This document shows positions 17,424-29,200 of a stretch of DNA of 64,000 bases, piece by piece. The position numbers and the translations under genes were made by a program. Positions within the stretch are counted from its first letter, which is position 1, and each line of letters starts with the position of its first letter. The notes below the pieces were generated by a model. That model was not told the DNA's origin, ran no database searches, and saw only the letters and a program-made list of their open reading frames with translations. The stretch lies in the IMG/VR virus record IMGVR_UViG_3300032214_001034, positions 1-64,000 of that record; one strand, given 5' to 3'. This DNA is from a virus.

Positions 17424-19770
17424 GGAACTAAAAGATTTAGATTCACAACTTAAGAAGACAGTCATCTCTGCTGAAAGTTTCAAGAGAGGGAGTTCTCTTG
17501 ACTCATCAAAAAGTATTGCCAATATTCACAAAACAATAGGAAATCTTGCTGGACATACAAGAAAACTTGCTGTTCGTTTTATTGATCTAGAAAAGGTTGT
17601 TGAAAATAATTCAAAAAAGATTACAAGTCTCAAAAATCTTTCTCAATCCCAAGGTAAAAGAATAAGTGGTGAAAATATTGGTGCGAAATTACCGGGTGGC
17701 ACTACCTCAAATGTAGAAGATAGTATCTCTGCGATTGCAAAGTCTGTAAACTCCATTGCAGAGATATTGGTAGGAAGAAAGAAACTTACAGATGATACTG
17801 CTGCTTATGAAAGAAGAAAGTCGGAACAGGAAAAGAGAGCACTTGCTGAAAGTAAGTTAGAAACTGTATTCAGCGGCATTGCTAAAACTGCAGAAAAAAT
17901 TATAGCACCTGTTAAAAGTATCCTTGATAGGATATTAGAATTTATTGGAACTGTTATTCTAGGAAGGATAGTTTTTAAAATTATTGAGTGGTTTGGAAAG
18001 AAAGAAAATCAAGAAAAATTACAATCACTTATTCGTTTCTTTAAGGATCATTGGCCAAAACTTCTTGCTTTATACCTTGTATTTGGTAATTCATTTGGAC
18101 GATTTGTTTTTAGTTTAACAAAGACTTTAATTGGTGGTGCAGTTAAACTTGGTATTGCGATTGCTAAACTATTAGCAGCGAAAAAAGTAGCGGGTGCTAA
18201 AGGTGTAGCAAAGTTTCTTGGTAAGCGTGGTGGTCTTATTGGTGCTGGACTAGCAACCGCTGTTACGGTTGGTGGTGCATTAGCAGCAACTAATGCTCTT
18301 AAAGGTGGAGAAGAGAAACCAAAAACTCAAAAGTTTTCTGGTGGTGGATTAGCAATCCCAAAATTTAGTGGTGGAGGATTTAACTTCAAAGGCATGATGG
18401 GTGGCGCTGGAATGGGCGCTATGTTTGGACCTCTTGGTATGCTTCTTGGTGGTGCATTTGGTTCTGGAAAACCACAACAAATGATGAGTGGATTTGTAAG
18501 TGGGGAGAAGGGTGTAGATAAAGTCCCTGCGATGCTTAGTGATGGTGAGTTTGTTATGTCTCGCGGTGCTGTCGCAAAGTATGGTGTTGGTACTTTGGAA
18601 GCAATGAACGCTGCTGGTGGTGGAACAAACAAACCAAAAATTATGAGCGGAACTGCTTTTGCTCAGGGTGGCGGTTATATTACAACCAAGGAAGAAAAGA
18701 AGGAGAAGGTAAAAGATCCTATACTAGAGAAAAGACAGAAAGAACTTGACAAATTATCAAATGCAGCATCGTTTGGTAATTACAGTGATGTTGAAATGGA
18801 CGCTAATAAATCCGTCTTGATTGATAAAAGATTAAAGAGAATAGAATCTCAAATGCAAGTTCAAAGAGCACTTGCATCAGGAAAAGGAATTTCTGTTAAA
18901 GGAGCAACTTTTGGTACTGATATTGGTACTGGATATGGTGCAAAGTATAAAGGAAGAGATGCTATAAAAGTAAAACTCCCTCCAGGTGGAAGTTATGAAC
19001 CACAAATAACACTTGCAGGCAAAATATATTATGCTATGAAGCAGGGAGATAATATAGTATACACTGCTCAAGACTCTAGAGATGTTGGTGGTGGAGGAAT
19101 ATTCAAACCAGGTGGGATGTTTGGTGGACCAAGAATGTCCGCTAGACAAAACTACGCTGCATCAAAAGGAAAATATTATGATCCTCGTGACCGAAAAACG
19201 TATGCAAGTAAAAATGATGCTGACTCTGCTTACAAATCCAGGATGACTAATTTAGCATCTCAACAAAGACTTATTAAGTTGAGTGGTCAGGGTGGAACAG
19301 GAGGTAGGAGTGGTATTAGATATGATACTGAAATGGAAGCGTTTCAAAACGAACAGGAAAAGAGAGGTGGTATTATTGGTCAGTTAAGTAGATGGAGTCA
19401 AAGAGCATTTGGTGGAAATGAAGCAAGAGAGAGATTAGATGCGGAACATAAAGCATCTCAGGCAAGAATAAAACAAAAAGGTGCAGAATCCATTGGTAGA
19501 TACTATTCATCCTCTGATGGAAAGTATTATAAAGATTATGCTGCTGCAAAGAAAGCAAGAGATTTGAGACTTGCTCAACAACAAAAGAGATCGGCACCAG
19601 GAATAACTCCTTCACCAAAACCACAGCAACAGACATATTCTCAGAGAATGAAAGCACGTCAAGATGCTAGAAGAGGTGGAGCACCAGCAGCACCTAAAAC
19701 TCCTAACTTTGGTGCAACTAATCCTGCAGCAAGCAGTGCAAAGTCTAAAACTCTTGGAGTTAAGGGGTAA
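17410..19770 (+). CDS. Tape-measure-like structural protein
   Basis: Long helical N-terminus, hydrophobic Gly/Ala stretch and GVDKVPAMLSDGEFVM motif; follows gp26/gp51. Confidence 0.6.
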   Translation: MPTSKELKDLDSQLKKTVISAESFKRGSSLDSSKSIANIHKTIGNLAGHTRKLAVRFIDLEKVVENNSKKITSLKNLSQSQGKRISGENIGAKLPGGTTSNVEDSISAIAKSVNSIAEILVGRKKLTDDTAAYERRKSEQEKRALAESKLETVFSGIAKTAEKIIAPVKSILDRILEFIGTVILGRIVFKIIEWFGKKENQEKLQSLIRFFKDHWPKLLALYLVFGNSFGRFVFSLTKTLIGGAVKLGIAIAKLLAAKKVAGAKGVAKFLGKRGGLIGAGLATAVTVGGALAATNALKGGEEKPKTQKFSGGGLAIPKFSGGGFNFKGMMGGAGMGAMFGPLGMLLGGAFGSGKPQQMMSGFVSGEKGVDKVPAMLSDGEFVMSRGAVAKYGVGTLEAMNAAGGGTNKPKIMSGTAFAQGGGYITTKEEKKEKVKDPILEKRQKELDKLSNAASFGNYSDVEMDANKSVLIDKRLKRIESQMQVQRALASGKGISVKGATFGTDIGTGYGAKYKGRDAIKVKLPPGGSYEPQITLAGKIYYAMKQGDNIVYTAQDSRDVGGGGIFKPGGMFGGPRMSARQNYAASKGKYYDPRDRKTYASKNDADSAYKSRMTNLASQQRLIKLSGQGGTGGRSGIRYDTEMEAFQNEQEKRGGIIGQLSRWSQRAFGGNEARERLDAEHKASQARIKQKGAESIGRYYSSSDGKYYKDYAAAKKARDLRLAQQQKRSAPGITPSPKPQQQTYSQRMKARQDARRGGAPAAPKTPNFGATNPAASSAKSKTLGVKG

Positions 19771-19776
19771 TAACAA

Positions 19777-22700
19777 ATGGCAATCACCTCAGAAAAACTC
19801 CTAAACAGATCATCAGAACTTCATAGACGTTATGGTGGAAGACTTGCTATGCAGAAAGCACTGCAAGAAAAAATGGTAAGTGGTGCTCCTTCTAATGTTG
19901 TTTTAACAAAAAAATCAATAAAAGATATTGAAGGTATTAAAGTCAATATTATTAAGATTGAAAGTATTTTAAAAGGGACTCTTGCTGTTGAGAAAAAATC
20001 ACTTGATGAAAAGAAAAGACAGGAGAGTGGAAAGAGAAGAGAAAAGCAAGAAGAAAAGTTGGAAACAAAACCACAAGCAGAAAAGGGTAAAATAAAAACT
20101 CCTGAAGTACCAAGAATGGGATTTCTTGATTGGGTAAAGAACTTTATTGGAAATGTTATTCTTGGATACTTTGCTGTAAGGATGCTTGATTATCTACCAA
20201 AGCTAATTCCTATTGTAAAGTTTCTTGGATCTGCCACAGATTTTGTAATCAACACTGGTGGAAAACTTTTAGATGGTTTGATTACTTTTGTTGACTGGGG
20301 TTACAAGGCGATTGATGCAACCAATGGATTTATTAAGAAGATTGGTGGAGCAGGTGCTGCAGATAATTTCGGAAAGTTTTTGGGTCTAATTGATAATGCT
20401 TTATTCTTAACAACTACTATCGCTGGTGCGATGGCAGTTGAGGCTTTGACCTCTGATAGTGGCGGTCGCGGAGATGTTGTATCAGATCAAATAACAAAAA
20501 GAGTTTTTCAGAAGGGAGCACAGCAGGCGGCAACAAGTGCAGCTGGTCAAGCTGGTGGTGCTGCTCAGGCTGGTGGATTGGGTGCTGGTGCAGTAGCAGG
20601 TATTGTTGCTGGAGCTGGACTTCTTGCATCTGCTTTAGGTGAGGGTGCATTTCAACTTCGTAAGGTTGCATCAGATCCTATAAAAAGGAAAGAAGATGAA
20701 TTTAGTAAACTGAGTTGGTTTGACCCAAGAAAGTACTTTGTCGGTGCTCAACTTGGTGGTATGAAAATGCTTCTTGGACCTTTAGCGGCCATTGGAGTAA
20801 TGCTTGATATTGTTGGTGCTCCTTTTAGATATGCTATTGAACTTCTTCGTTATCCATTCCTAAGTGAAGAAGATAAGAAAAAACAAGCATACAATCTTGC
20901 AAAATTTGATGCAAGAATTCGTGAAGATTTTAGAAAAGGATTGAATATGCTTACCCTTGGATTTGCTTTCAAGGAGAAGGGTTCTTTTGGAAACATTTAT
21001 GGAAACAAAGGTGCTCAAAAAGAAATGATGGGTAAGATGGCTGGTGGTGGAATTACAAGAGGTGGTAAAGCGCAAACTGGAGCAAGAAGAACTATAGGTG
21101 GAGATAAGAAGAAAGGAAAGTATAAGAGAGCTCTTGCAAGAAAACCATCAAAAACTCAATTCAAAGGAGATCCTAAAAATCCTTTAGTGAAAACAGGGCA
21201 AGAATTAGATAAAACAAAATACTTTGGTCCAGTCCTTGCAGTTTCAACTAAACTTGAAGCAAAGGAAGAACCAACTCAAAAGGATTATGATAATGTTGGA
21301 TTGGGTCTAAACTTATTGATTGCAAAAGGTCTTGAAGAAGGTCAACTGAAAGGTGGATTAGTTGCTGCTTTTGCTGAAGGTGGTATGGTCAACGATGAAT
21401 TTTTAGAAGCAGCAGAGAAAGGAGTTGATGTTAGTAGCTGGATTAGTAAAACATTTAGAACTGAATTTGAAACTAATGCACAAAAAACTTTAAGATTGAT
21501 AAGAGAAAGAAAAGAAACAAAGGAAGGTGCAGCAGGAGTTCCTGGATCTGAAACACCTGGTTCTCCCGATATGATTAATATTCAGGGAGGAGACGTTGAC
21601 TTCTGGACATTAGTTGCTGTTGCTTCTAGGGAAGATGGAGAACCACAAGCATGGGCAGATGTTGCACAATCAATTTATAATAGACTTGCATCTGGAGCTT
21701 ATACTGGAAAGACTATTAAGGATTTAATTCTTGGTCAAATGCAATATGAACCCACTTGGAAGTTTCCTAAACCGGGTGTAACCGGAAAACCAAACCAAGA
21801 GTGGTATGCAATCAAGGATGCTGCTAGTGCAGGAATAGCAGCAGGTCAATCTGAAGGTGCTATGAAAAAAGTTGCTGCTGCAATTTTGGACCCAACATTG
21901 CAAAAGAATGCACGAGAATTTATTCAAGGCAGAACAGATTTTAGAGGATATAGTGTGAGTGGAGGAGTTCAAAGAAAACCTGGTGACAATTACTATGGAT
22001 GGTATAACAATTACCGTGCAAATAAAGTAGGTTCTGTTCCAAACTTTGGCGCAACTGCAACTTCTACTGGATCTGGTCCTGGTGGAACATTTGTTGGTGG
22101 AGGAACTGGGTCTGGTTATGGAACTGGTGGTGTGAAAATTGCTGGTGATTTGGGTGATTATATGAAAGCAAATAGAGGTAAGATTGGTGTTACTGGTGAA
22201 ATTCACCAACACCCAAGACATCCTGGACAATCTAGACGTAATTATTTTTCATATCACAATCAAAATAGGGCACTTGACATTGGTGGATGGGGTCCAGCAC
22301 ACCCAAGTTCTGGTGGAAGAGATGAACAAGCACCAGTAATCAGAGCATTGTTGGAATGGAATAAGAAAAATGGATATCAACCTGTTGAGATTATTCATGG
22401 ATCTCCTGCATTTAAGGGACTTGGAAAGTACGAATCTTCACCTAATGCACTTCACTCCAATCACGTTCACGTTGCATATGCTTTGGGTGGAAGAGTAAGA
22501 AAACCTACTTATGCTATTGTTGGAGACAAGGGTCCTGAGTTTATATTTGACGCAGACACCACTGCAGGATTAGATAGACTTGCTCCTGGTATTTTAGAAA
22601 AACTTAACGTAGCAAAAACAAAACCACAACTTGCAAGTGTTCTTCAATCCTATGCTACATATGAGCAGCCATATGGTGAAACGCAAGTTATTGAAGTTCC

Positions 22701-22812
22701 TGTAGAAGTTCCTGTTTCTGTGGGTGGGGGTTCTTATGGATCTTCTGGTTCTTCCATAGTGTTTGCTGGTAAGAGAGATGATCCATTTGATACTCTGTAT
22801 CAAGGTGGGTAA
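19777..22812 (+). CDS. Tape-measure-like protein with cell-wall hydrolase domains
   Basis: Helical N-terminus; SleB/Hydrolase_2-like ASRE...VAQSIYNR...QYEP; His motifs SYH..RALDI and HSNHVHVA; GGRV..PT...GDKGPEF. Confidence 0.65.
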   Translation: MAITSEKLLNRSSELHRRYGGRLAMQKALQEKMVSGAPSNVVLTKKSIKDIEGIKVNIIKIESILKGTLAVEKKSLDEKKRQESGKRREKQEEKLETKPQAEKGKIKTPEVPRMGFLDWVKNFIGNVILGYFAVRMLDYLPKLIPIVKFLGSATDFVINTGGKLLDGLITFVDWGYKAIDATNGFIKKIGGAGAADNFGKFLGLIDNALFLTTTIAGAMAVEALTSDSGGRGDVVSDQITKRVFQKGAQQAATSAAGQAGGAAQAGGLGAGAVAGIVAGAGLLASALGEGAFQLRKVASDPIKRKEDEFSKLSWFDPRKYFVGAQLGGMKMLLGPLAAIGVMLDIVGAPFRYAIELLRYPFLSEEDKKKQAYNLAKFDARIREDFRKGLNMLTLGFAFKEKGSFGNIYGNKGAQKEMMGKMAGGGITRGGKAQTGARRTIGGDKKKGKYKRALARKPSKTQFKGDPKNPLVKTGQELDKTKYFGPVLAVSTKLEAKEEPTQKDYDNVGLGLNLLIAKGLEEGQLKGGLVAAFAEGGMVNDEFLEAAEKGVDVSSWISKTFRTEFETNAQKTLRLIRERKETKEGAAGVPGSETPGSPDMINIQGGDVDFWTLVAVASREDGEPQAWADVAQSIYNRLASGAYTGKTIKDLILGQMQYEPTWKFPKPGVTGKPNQEWYAIKDAASAGIAAGQSEGAMKKVAAAILDPTLQKNAREFIQGRTDFRGYSVSGGVQRKPGDNYYGWYNNYRANKVGSVPNFGATATSTGSGPGGTFVGGGTGSGYGTGGVKIAGDLGDYMKANRGKIGVTGEIHQHPRHPGQSRRNYFSYHNQNRALDIGGWGPAHPSSGGRDEQAPVIRALLEWNKKNGYQPVEIIHGSPAFKGLGKYESSPNALHSNHVHVAYALGGRVRKPTYAIVGDKGPEFIFDADTTAGLDRLAPGILEKLNVAKTKPQLASVLQSYATYEQPYGETQVIEVPVEVPVSVGGGSYGSSGSSIVFAGKRDDPFDTLYQGG

Positions 22813-22835
22813 ATAGAAATAAGAGGTAATATGAA

Positions 22836-24191
22836 ATGGCAAATCAAATAACAACCAAGTCAGCAGAAGCTTCTAATATAAAGCAACTTGACATCATATC
22901 AAATAAAGATGGTAAAAAGGTAAGTGTTGCTGGTGGTACAGTTGGTCTTTTGTATTATGAGAGCATCCTACAAGACTCTGTAAGAGCAACACTTACTTTT
23001 GCTGATGCGGGAAATACCATCAACAACAAAACTGCTTTAGACGGACTCCCTATAGTAGGTCAAGAAAAAATAGAAGTTAAATTCGCAGATAATAATAACA
23101 ATGAAATAAAATTATCTTTGTATGTGAATAAGGTTACACCTATGTCCGATGATACAACCAAGTCTTTGGTGCAACTTGATTTAACTTCCAAAGAATTTAT
23201 TATGAATGAAAAGGTAAGACTGAATAAAAGATTCGATGGAAAAATATCAGATCATATACAGAAAATATTGACCGATCCAAATTATCTTGGAACAAAGAAG
23301 AAAGTGGATGTTGAAGAAACATCGAACAACTATAACTTTGTAGGCAACAACCGTAAACCATATTATGCTATGAACTGGTTGTCTAAAAAAGCAGTGTCTG
23401 CAAAAAATCAAAAGCAGGGTGACAGTGCTGGATATTTTTTCTATGAAACATCTGAAGGATTTTTCTTTAAATCTATTGATGGATTACTTGCACAAGAAAA
23501 GAAGAAATCAATTATCTATAACCAAACACCAGATTCAAGAGGAGAAAATATACCTGCTGGATATGACATAAAGGCGCTTGATTATGTGAAGGATAATGCT
23601 GTGGATGTTCAAGATAAACTTCAGATGGGAGCATTCTCAACTAGAACTATTCTATTTGATCCTTTTACATGCTATTATGAGGTTATTACACCAAACGCTA
23701 AGGAAAAGGAAAAGTCATTAAAACTTGGCGGAAAAGAACTCCCTGTTTTAAATAAAGAATTTGATCGTGAAGGAAATAATAAAGAGTTTTCCAGAACACA
23801 ATATATGCTTCTTGATAAAGGAACTTTACCGACTGGTAGTGGAATTGGTAAAGGTCAGGAGCAACTCAACAAATCGAAGGAAGAAAATTTCCTTCCAAAA
23901 GATATATTGAATCAAGCGATTATGAGATATGGTCAGTTGTTTTCTCAGAAGTCAACGATTACAATTGCAGGAGATTTCTCACTTCATGCGGGCGATGTTA
24001 TATTCTTAGATGCTCCAGAACTACAGACAGAAACTAAGAATGATGATGTAAACAAAGAAAGTGGAGGTCTATATATTATAGCAGATTTATGTCACTACAT
24101 TTCCCCCAAAGAAACGTATACTAAGTTGAATTTGGTTAGAGATTCTTTTGGTAGGAAAGGAAATCACACATCAGGTAGTATTCCACTATGA
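22836..24191 (+). CDS. Baseplate hub/tail protein (gp27-like position)
   Basis: YYESIL, GYFFYETSEGFFFKSID, ITIAGDFSLHAGD and SGGLYII..LCH..TKLNLVRDS. Confidence 0.6.
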   Translation: MANQITTKSAEASNIKQLDIISNKDGKKVSVAGGTVGLLYYESILQDSVRATLTFADAGNTINNKTALDGLPIVGQEKIEVKFADNNNNEIKLSLYVNKVTPMSDDTTKSLVQLDLTSKEFIMNEKVRLNKRFDGKISDHIQKILTDPNYLGTKKKVDVEETSNNYNFVGNNRKPYYAMNWLSKKAVSAKNQKQGDSAGYFFYETSEGFFFKSIDGLLAQEKKKSIIYNQTPDSRGENIPAGYDIKALDYVKDNAVDVQDKLQMGAFSTRTILFDPFTCYYEVITPNAKEKEKSLKLGGKELPVLNKEFDREGNNKEFSRTQYMLLDKGTLPTGSGIGKGQEQLNKSKEENFLPKDILNQAIMRYGQLFSQKSTITIAGDFSLHAGDVIFLDAPELQTETKNDDVNKESGGLYIIADLCHYISPKETYTKLNLVRDSFGRKGNHTSGSIPL

Positions 24192-24406
24192 AAGATAGAA
24201 GCATACAACAACATATTAATGATGATAAAGACCTTTTGGACAACTCAACTCTCTCGCCGCAGATGAGAAGACATGTTGAGGATGAATTGACACATCTGGA
24301 AAAATATCATGCTAATCATCCAGATGAAGATCATGACCCAACTCCATTTGAAATGTACTGTGATGAGAACCCAAGTGCATTAGAATGTAAAATTTATGAA
24401 GATTAA
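24188..24406 (+). CDS. cp12: Calvin cycle inhibitor CP12
   Basis: C-terminal CP12 motif FEMYCDENPSALECKIYED; 72 aa phage/picocyanobacterial type. Confidence 0.9.
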   Translation: MKDRSIQQHINDDKDLLDNSTLSPQMRRHVEDELTHLEKYHANHPDEDHDPTPFEMYCDENPSALECKIYED

Positions 24407-24412
24407 TAACTG

Positions 24413-26206
24413 ATGGAAGGAGGATCTTTATTTAATCCTGGTTTTTTAGGTGGTAGTTTTCTCTGGTGGATCGGTCAGATTGCCGATGATTCCACCTGGA
24501 GAGATAATATCCTGCCTGGAAAATTTGAGAATAAAGATTCTATTCCAGGATGGGGAAGAAGATATAAGGTAAGAATCATTGGTCTCCATGATAAAGAAGA
24601 GGAGACTATTCCATCAGATCAACTTCCATGGGCTCAGGTGATGTATCCTGTGACCGGTGGTGGAGGTCAAACAAATGCAGGAGCAACAGCAAACCTAAGA
24701 CAAGGTAATTTTGTTTTTGGATTCTTCCTTGATGGTCAGGATCAACAAGTACCTGTAATCATGGGAGTGCTTGGAAACAATGCACAAACCGCATTAAATA
24801 CAAGGTTTCAAAATTTTGCAGCGACAAGTGGTTATGTAGAAGGAGCAGAACCGAAAACTGGAAGTGCTAAAGAAAGAGTTCCAGATGAAGGTCTTGTAAC
24901 AACCAAACCAAAGAGTCCGCAAGTATCTCAACAAACCGCTACTCCTCCGCCAGGAGTTAGACTCAATCAGTTTGGATTAAGACCTGATATTGCTCTCACG
25001 AGAGAACAACTAACTGTTGCACAGCAAGCAAGACAGACGGCAAGAGATCGGGGGTTGCCACCAGAACAAGTAGAAGCAGCAGCACAGCAAGCAGTTGCTG
25101 ATTTAATCAAGAACGATAGACAGCAAGCAAATTCTAAAACTGCACCATCTCAACCTGGTGCAACAAAAGAAAATGTTGATGCAGTTCATCAACAGAGTGC
25201 AAGTGATGTAAAACGTGAAGACAAGATGAAAGAGAAGATTTCTCTTTTGAAACCTTGCGATACTACCGAGTCTGCCATAAAAGCAATACAAACCGAAATT
25301 GAAAATGTAACAAAAAAGATTGAAAAGTATTTGAAGGCAATCAATAGTTATGTTGATGCAGTATCCAATACCATTTCCAATATACAAAAGGTTATTTCTG
25401 ATGCTGCTTGTATAATTGCAAAATATATGAAAATACTTTTTGATAAGATTATGGAATATGTTTTGAAACTACTTAATAAAGAACTCACGAAAGTTGTTTC
25501 GGCTATGCCATCCAGCATGAGACAAATGTTTGGTGACATAAAAGAAATCTTAACAGAATTGATTCTTTGTCTTTACAACAAAATTACAAATGGTCTTTGT
25601 GGACTGATTCAAGATCTTCTTAACAAAGCACTTAAACCAAAAGAACTTGAAGCAATAGTAAGAGCAAGACAGTTTGATGATCAAGTTACAGTCCCAGAAA
25701 TTCCCGTTTGTGCTGCTGAAGATTTTGTTGGTCAAGCAGTTTCTGCAAGTAAAGAGCAGATTGACCAAGCGAATAATACTATTATTGATAATCTAAATGC
25801 ATTCCTTGATGATATTCAAGGAGAACTTGCTGGAGTAAGTGGTGCATTATCTGACATTACTTCTTTAATAGGTAATATCAGTGGAGCACTTACTGCTGCT
25901 TTTGCTTTCGAGAATATTAAATTGAATGTATTTGGGTGCGAACTTGCTCCAAATTGTGCAGTATCTGATTACTATACATTCTCTCGTGGAGGATCATCTG
26001 CTCCAACTAAAGATAAGCCAAGTGCGAAAGGTGTTTCTGACGTTGCTGCTAAACCGACAAATGCAACTGCACCAACAGAAGTTCAGTATGTTGGTCCTAC
26101 CAAAAACACTCAAGACTTACCTACAGGTAAAACTTCTGGACAAACTAGAGCAGCTGGGGCTGGAACTCAAGCAGAGTTGAATCAAATTAACTCCGGTGTA
26201 GCATAA
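24413..26206 (+). CDS. gp5: Baseplate hub subunit gp5 (N-terminal OB domain plus helical extension)
   Basis: FLWWIGQI, RYKVRIIGLH, LPWAQV and VFGFFLDG..QQVPVIMG. Confidence 0.8.
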   Translation: MEGGSLFNPGFLGGSFLWWIGQIADDSTWRDNILPGKFENKDSIPGWGRRYKVRIIGLHDKEEETIPSDQLPWAQVMYPVTGGGGQTNAGATANLRQGNFVFGFFLDGQDQQVPVIMGVLGNNAQTALNTRFQNFAATSGYVEGAEPKTGSAKERVPDEGLVTTKPKSPQVSQQTATPPPGVRLNQFGLRPDIALTREQLTVAQQARQTARDRGLPPEQVEAAAQQAVADLIKNDRQQANSKTAPSQPGATKENVDAVHQQSASDVKREDKMKEKISLLKPCDTTESAIKAIQTEIENVTKKIEKYLKAINSYVDAVSNTISNIQKVISDAACIIAKYMKILFDKIMEYVLKLLNKELTKVVSAMPSSMRQMFGDIKEILTELILCLYNKITNGLCGLIQDLLNKALKPKELEAIVRARQFDDQVTVPEIPVCAAEDFVGQAVSASKEQIDQANNTIIDNLNAFLDDIQGELAGVSGALSDITSLIGNISGALTAAFAFENIKLNVFGCELAPNCAVSDYYTFSRGGSSAPTKDKPSAKGVSDVAAKPTNATAPTEVQYVGPTKNTQDLPTGKTSGQTRAAGAGTQAELNQINSGVA

Positions 26207-26248
26207 TAAATATGATTATGGCAAGCAAGATGGAAAAAATATAATAGC

Positions 26249-29200
26249 ATGTCATTCAATATTTTTGACTTCCCCAGAAAATCTGATATAACAGTTGGTT
26301 ATGTTGACCCAATTTTGGGATATGTAACAGGTGTATCAATTTGTGATGCAAATGAATATGCCAAAAAGAATCCTGGTACAACATTTGTTTTTGAAACGAG
26401 AGATGGAATCAGATATTTAAATATTAATGAAGTTAATCAATTAACACCAGAAGATCTTCCTTCATCCGCTGATACTTGTACAGGAATTGTAGTTGAAGGT
26501 CAAGCAGAATCTCCCTCAGTTACTTTTTCTGGATGTGGTGGAGTTGGTGCTGCAGGAAATCCTGTTTTTGGAAGAGATGGATCTTTACTTGCAGTTGATT
26601 TGATCTCTGGTGGATTTGGTTATCAATGTCCTCCTCTAGTTGAGGTTAGAGATGAAACTGGAATTGGAGTCGGTGCAGTTACTCGCTCTATTCTTGTAGG
26701 GGATCCTGAGTATCCTGACTGTACATTTGTTGATACTTTTGAAGTTTTTGATCAGGAAGATGACTTCGAAGACTATCAGATTTGTGATCCAGTTGATGAT
26801 GTTGAATATGGAACAAGATATGATCCAGATGGGAAACCAATAGGCAGGTGGGAACCAACTCTTTATGCGACTCTTTCTAGAGATCCAATTGCAAGAGAGA
26901 TACAAAAATATCAAGACTTCTTACAAAAATTAAGCACGCCTTGGTGGAGTACTAGAAAGGAAAACCCTTTAAGAGTTACGTCTGGAAATAGAACTACACG
27001 AATCAAACATGATGTTCAACATCCTGGGTGGGGTGGAGAGTATGGTATAGAAAAAAGTGAAAACTTTAAAGAAGTAACATTTAAGGTTTTTACTTCCGGT
27101 GGACAAGATAAGGGACTTGTTCTTAAATTTACATCACAAGATAAGTCTCATACTTTTAAAATTAAAGCGGATGATTTTAAAAATGATGAAACCGGTCAAA
27201 AAGTAACCGAGAGAGTTAAAATCAATACAATTTATAATGTATCATCTGAAGGATCTTTTCGCGGAAGGGGGACTGAGAAAGGTATAGTTAATGCATTGGG
27301 AAGAGGTGCAAAAGAAAAAAATCCAACAGGAAAAGAAGTAGTTATAAGTGGAAATACAATATTTGCAGACTTTTTAGAAAGTTCAAATGATAATGATGAC
27401 TTGCAAGTAGAAGCAACTTTAGGAAAGTTTACTTCTAAGCAAATTGGAAAAGGATCCAGCAGAAGTAATTTTGATTTAAAGTATGAACTGAGGGATAATT
27501 CATCCTATACGAAACCAGCAAAGATTGATGATAGTTTTATGAATAAGTATGCTATCTCACCAGTTCCCCCATCAAATGCCCCTGGTAGTGATTTTGCTGG
27601 ACAAGAATTTACTATAGAGTGGGAAGAAAATTTTCCTTATGATGGTGAGTATGTTTTTCGTGCTCAAGCAGATAATATTGGAAGATATTATTTGGATAAT
27701 GAAAAACTAATAGAGACAACTCAATTTAGAGCAGATCAAACTCCAAAGGTTGTTAAGAAGAATGTTAAAGCAGGTGTTCATCGCATCAGAGTTGATCTTT
27801 ACAATGTTCCAATCGTTCAAAACTCTCCATCACAACCAAAAACTATTTTTAATACGGTTGATTATATTGGAAAAGCAGACAGAAAACTTTGGAGACTTGA
27901 TCCTAGAGCTGGTAAAGATGCTGGATTTATAAACCAATATGGTGTTCTTCCATTTGATCCCAACTCTGATAGAGCACAGTCCGATGATTTTTCAGGAACT
28001 CATGTTATTCGTTGGGAATATGTTGAGTTTCCTAAAGATGGAAACTATAATATTGAAATAATGGTCGATGATAATGTTACTCTTTATATTGGAAACAGAG
28101 ATGGTGGTGGAGAAAAAGGAATTGGAAATGGATTAAGATCAGTGGATCAAGGTGGTGATGAAGTTATTATTAGGAAGGTTGGATATAGTTCTCCTAGTAG
28201 AAGCACTGGTAAGAGTTTAGAAACCAGATTCTTCAAAGCAGGAAAGTATAGAATTCGTGCTGAACTGGAACAAATTAAAGGAAGACCACTTTCTGGTGGT
28301 AATCCCATGGCTCTTGCCATTAATATTGAAACAACTGCCACTGAGCAACAGGTAGTTTCGGCAAGATCTTGGAATGACAATCCTATGGGTGCTGCATTAA
28401 CAATTGATGCACCTATGCCACCTATTCCACAGGAACCAATTCCTCAGCAGGAAGGTCGTTGTCCTAATAATCCAATTTGGACTACACGATTCCCAGGCGC
28501 AAAAGAAAAGTGGTGGCCTGTTAAATTTCAAAATGCTCCTGGTCTACCGTCCTGGAGTAGATTTATGAATCGCTATGCGATCTCTCCTATTCCACCATTA
28601 GCAAAACCTGGATCTGATGGTGGTGGCATTATCTATAGAAATCAATGGGATGTTGATATTCCTTATGATGGATTCTATGCATTTAAATCTACTGTAGATA
28701 ATGCTGGTAGAATCTTAATTGATGGTAAACCAGTCATGCAAGCAAACTACATTCCAACAACCCTAGAAAATACTAGAGGTGGTAGTGGTAGTGAAAGAAG
28801 AAGTGGAATTTCTGCAATCGGTAGTGATGGAATTATATACAACTGGAGAGAGGAAAATCCAAAGTCTAAAAAGATATTTTTAAGCAAAGGATTGCATAAG
28901 ATTGAGATTGAAGTTGAGAATGGAAAAACTAATACATTTCAAAAAATTGATAAGAAAATTTTTAGCACCAAAGATTGGTTAGTTCCTCCTCCTGCACCTT
29001 TACCATCTATTTCTCCAACAGAGTTAAATATTTCCTATGTTGGTTTGAATCCTACTAATACAAAACTAAATGTTAATGGTAATCGTATAAAGATAAAAGA
29101 TGGTGATGGGAATGATGCAAATGCAACATTCTCAATTGTTTCCTCCGATCCAGGAGTTAATGCAAGATTTTCTTCTGATGGAACTCGCATCGAGTATGAT

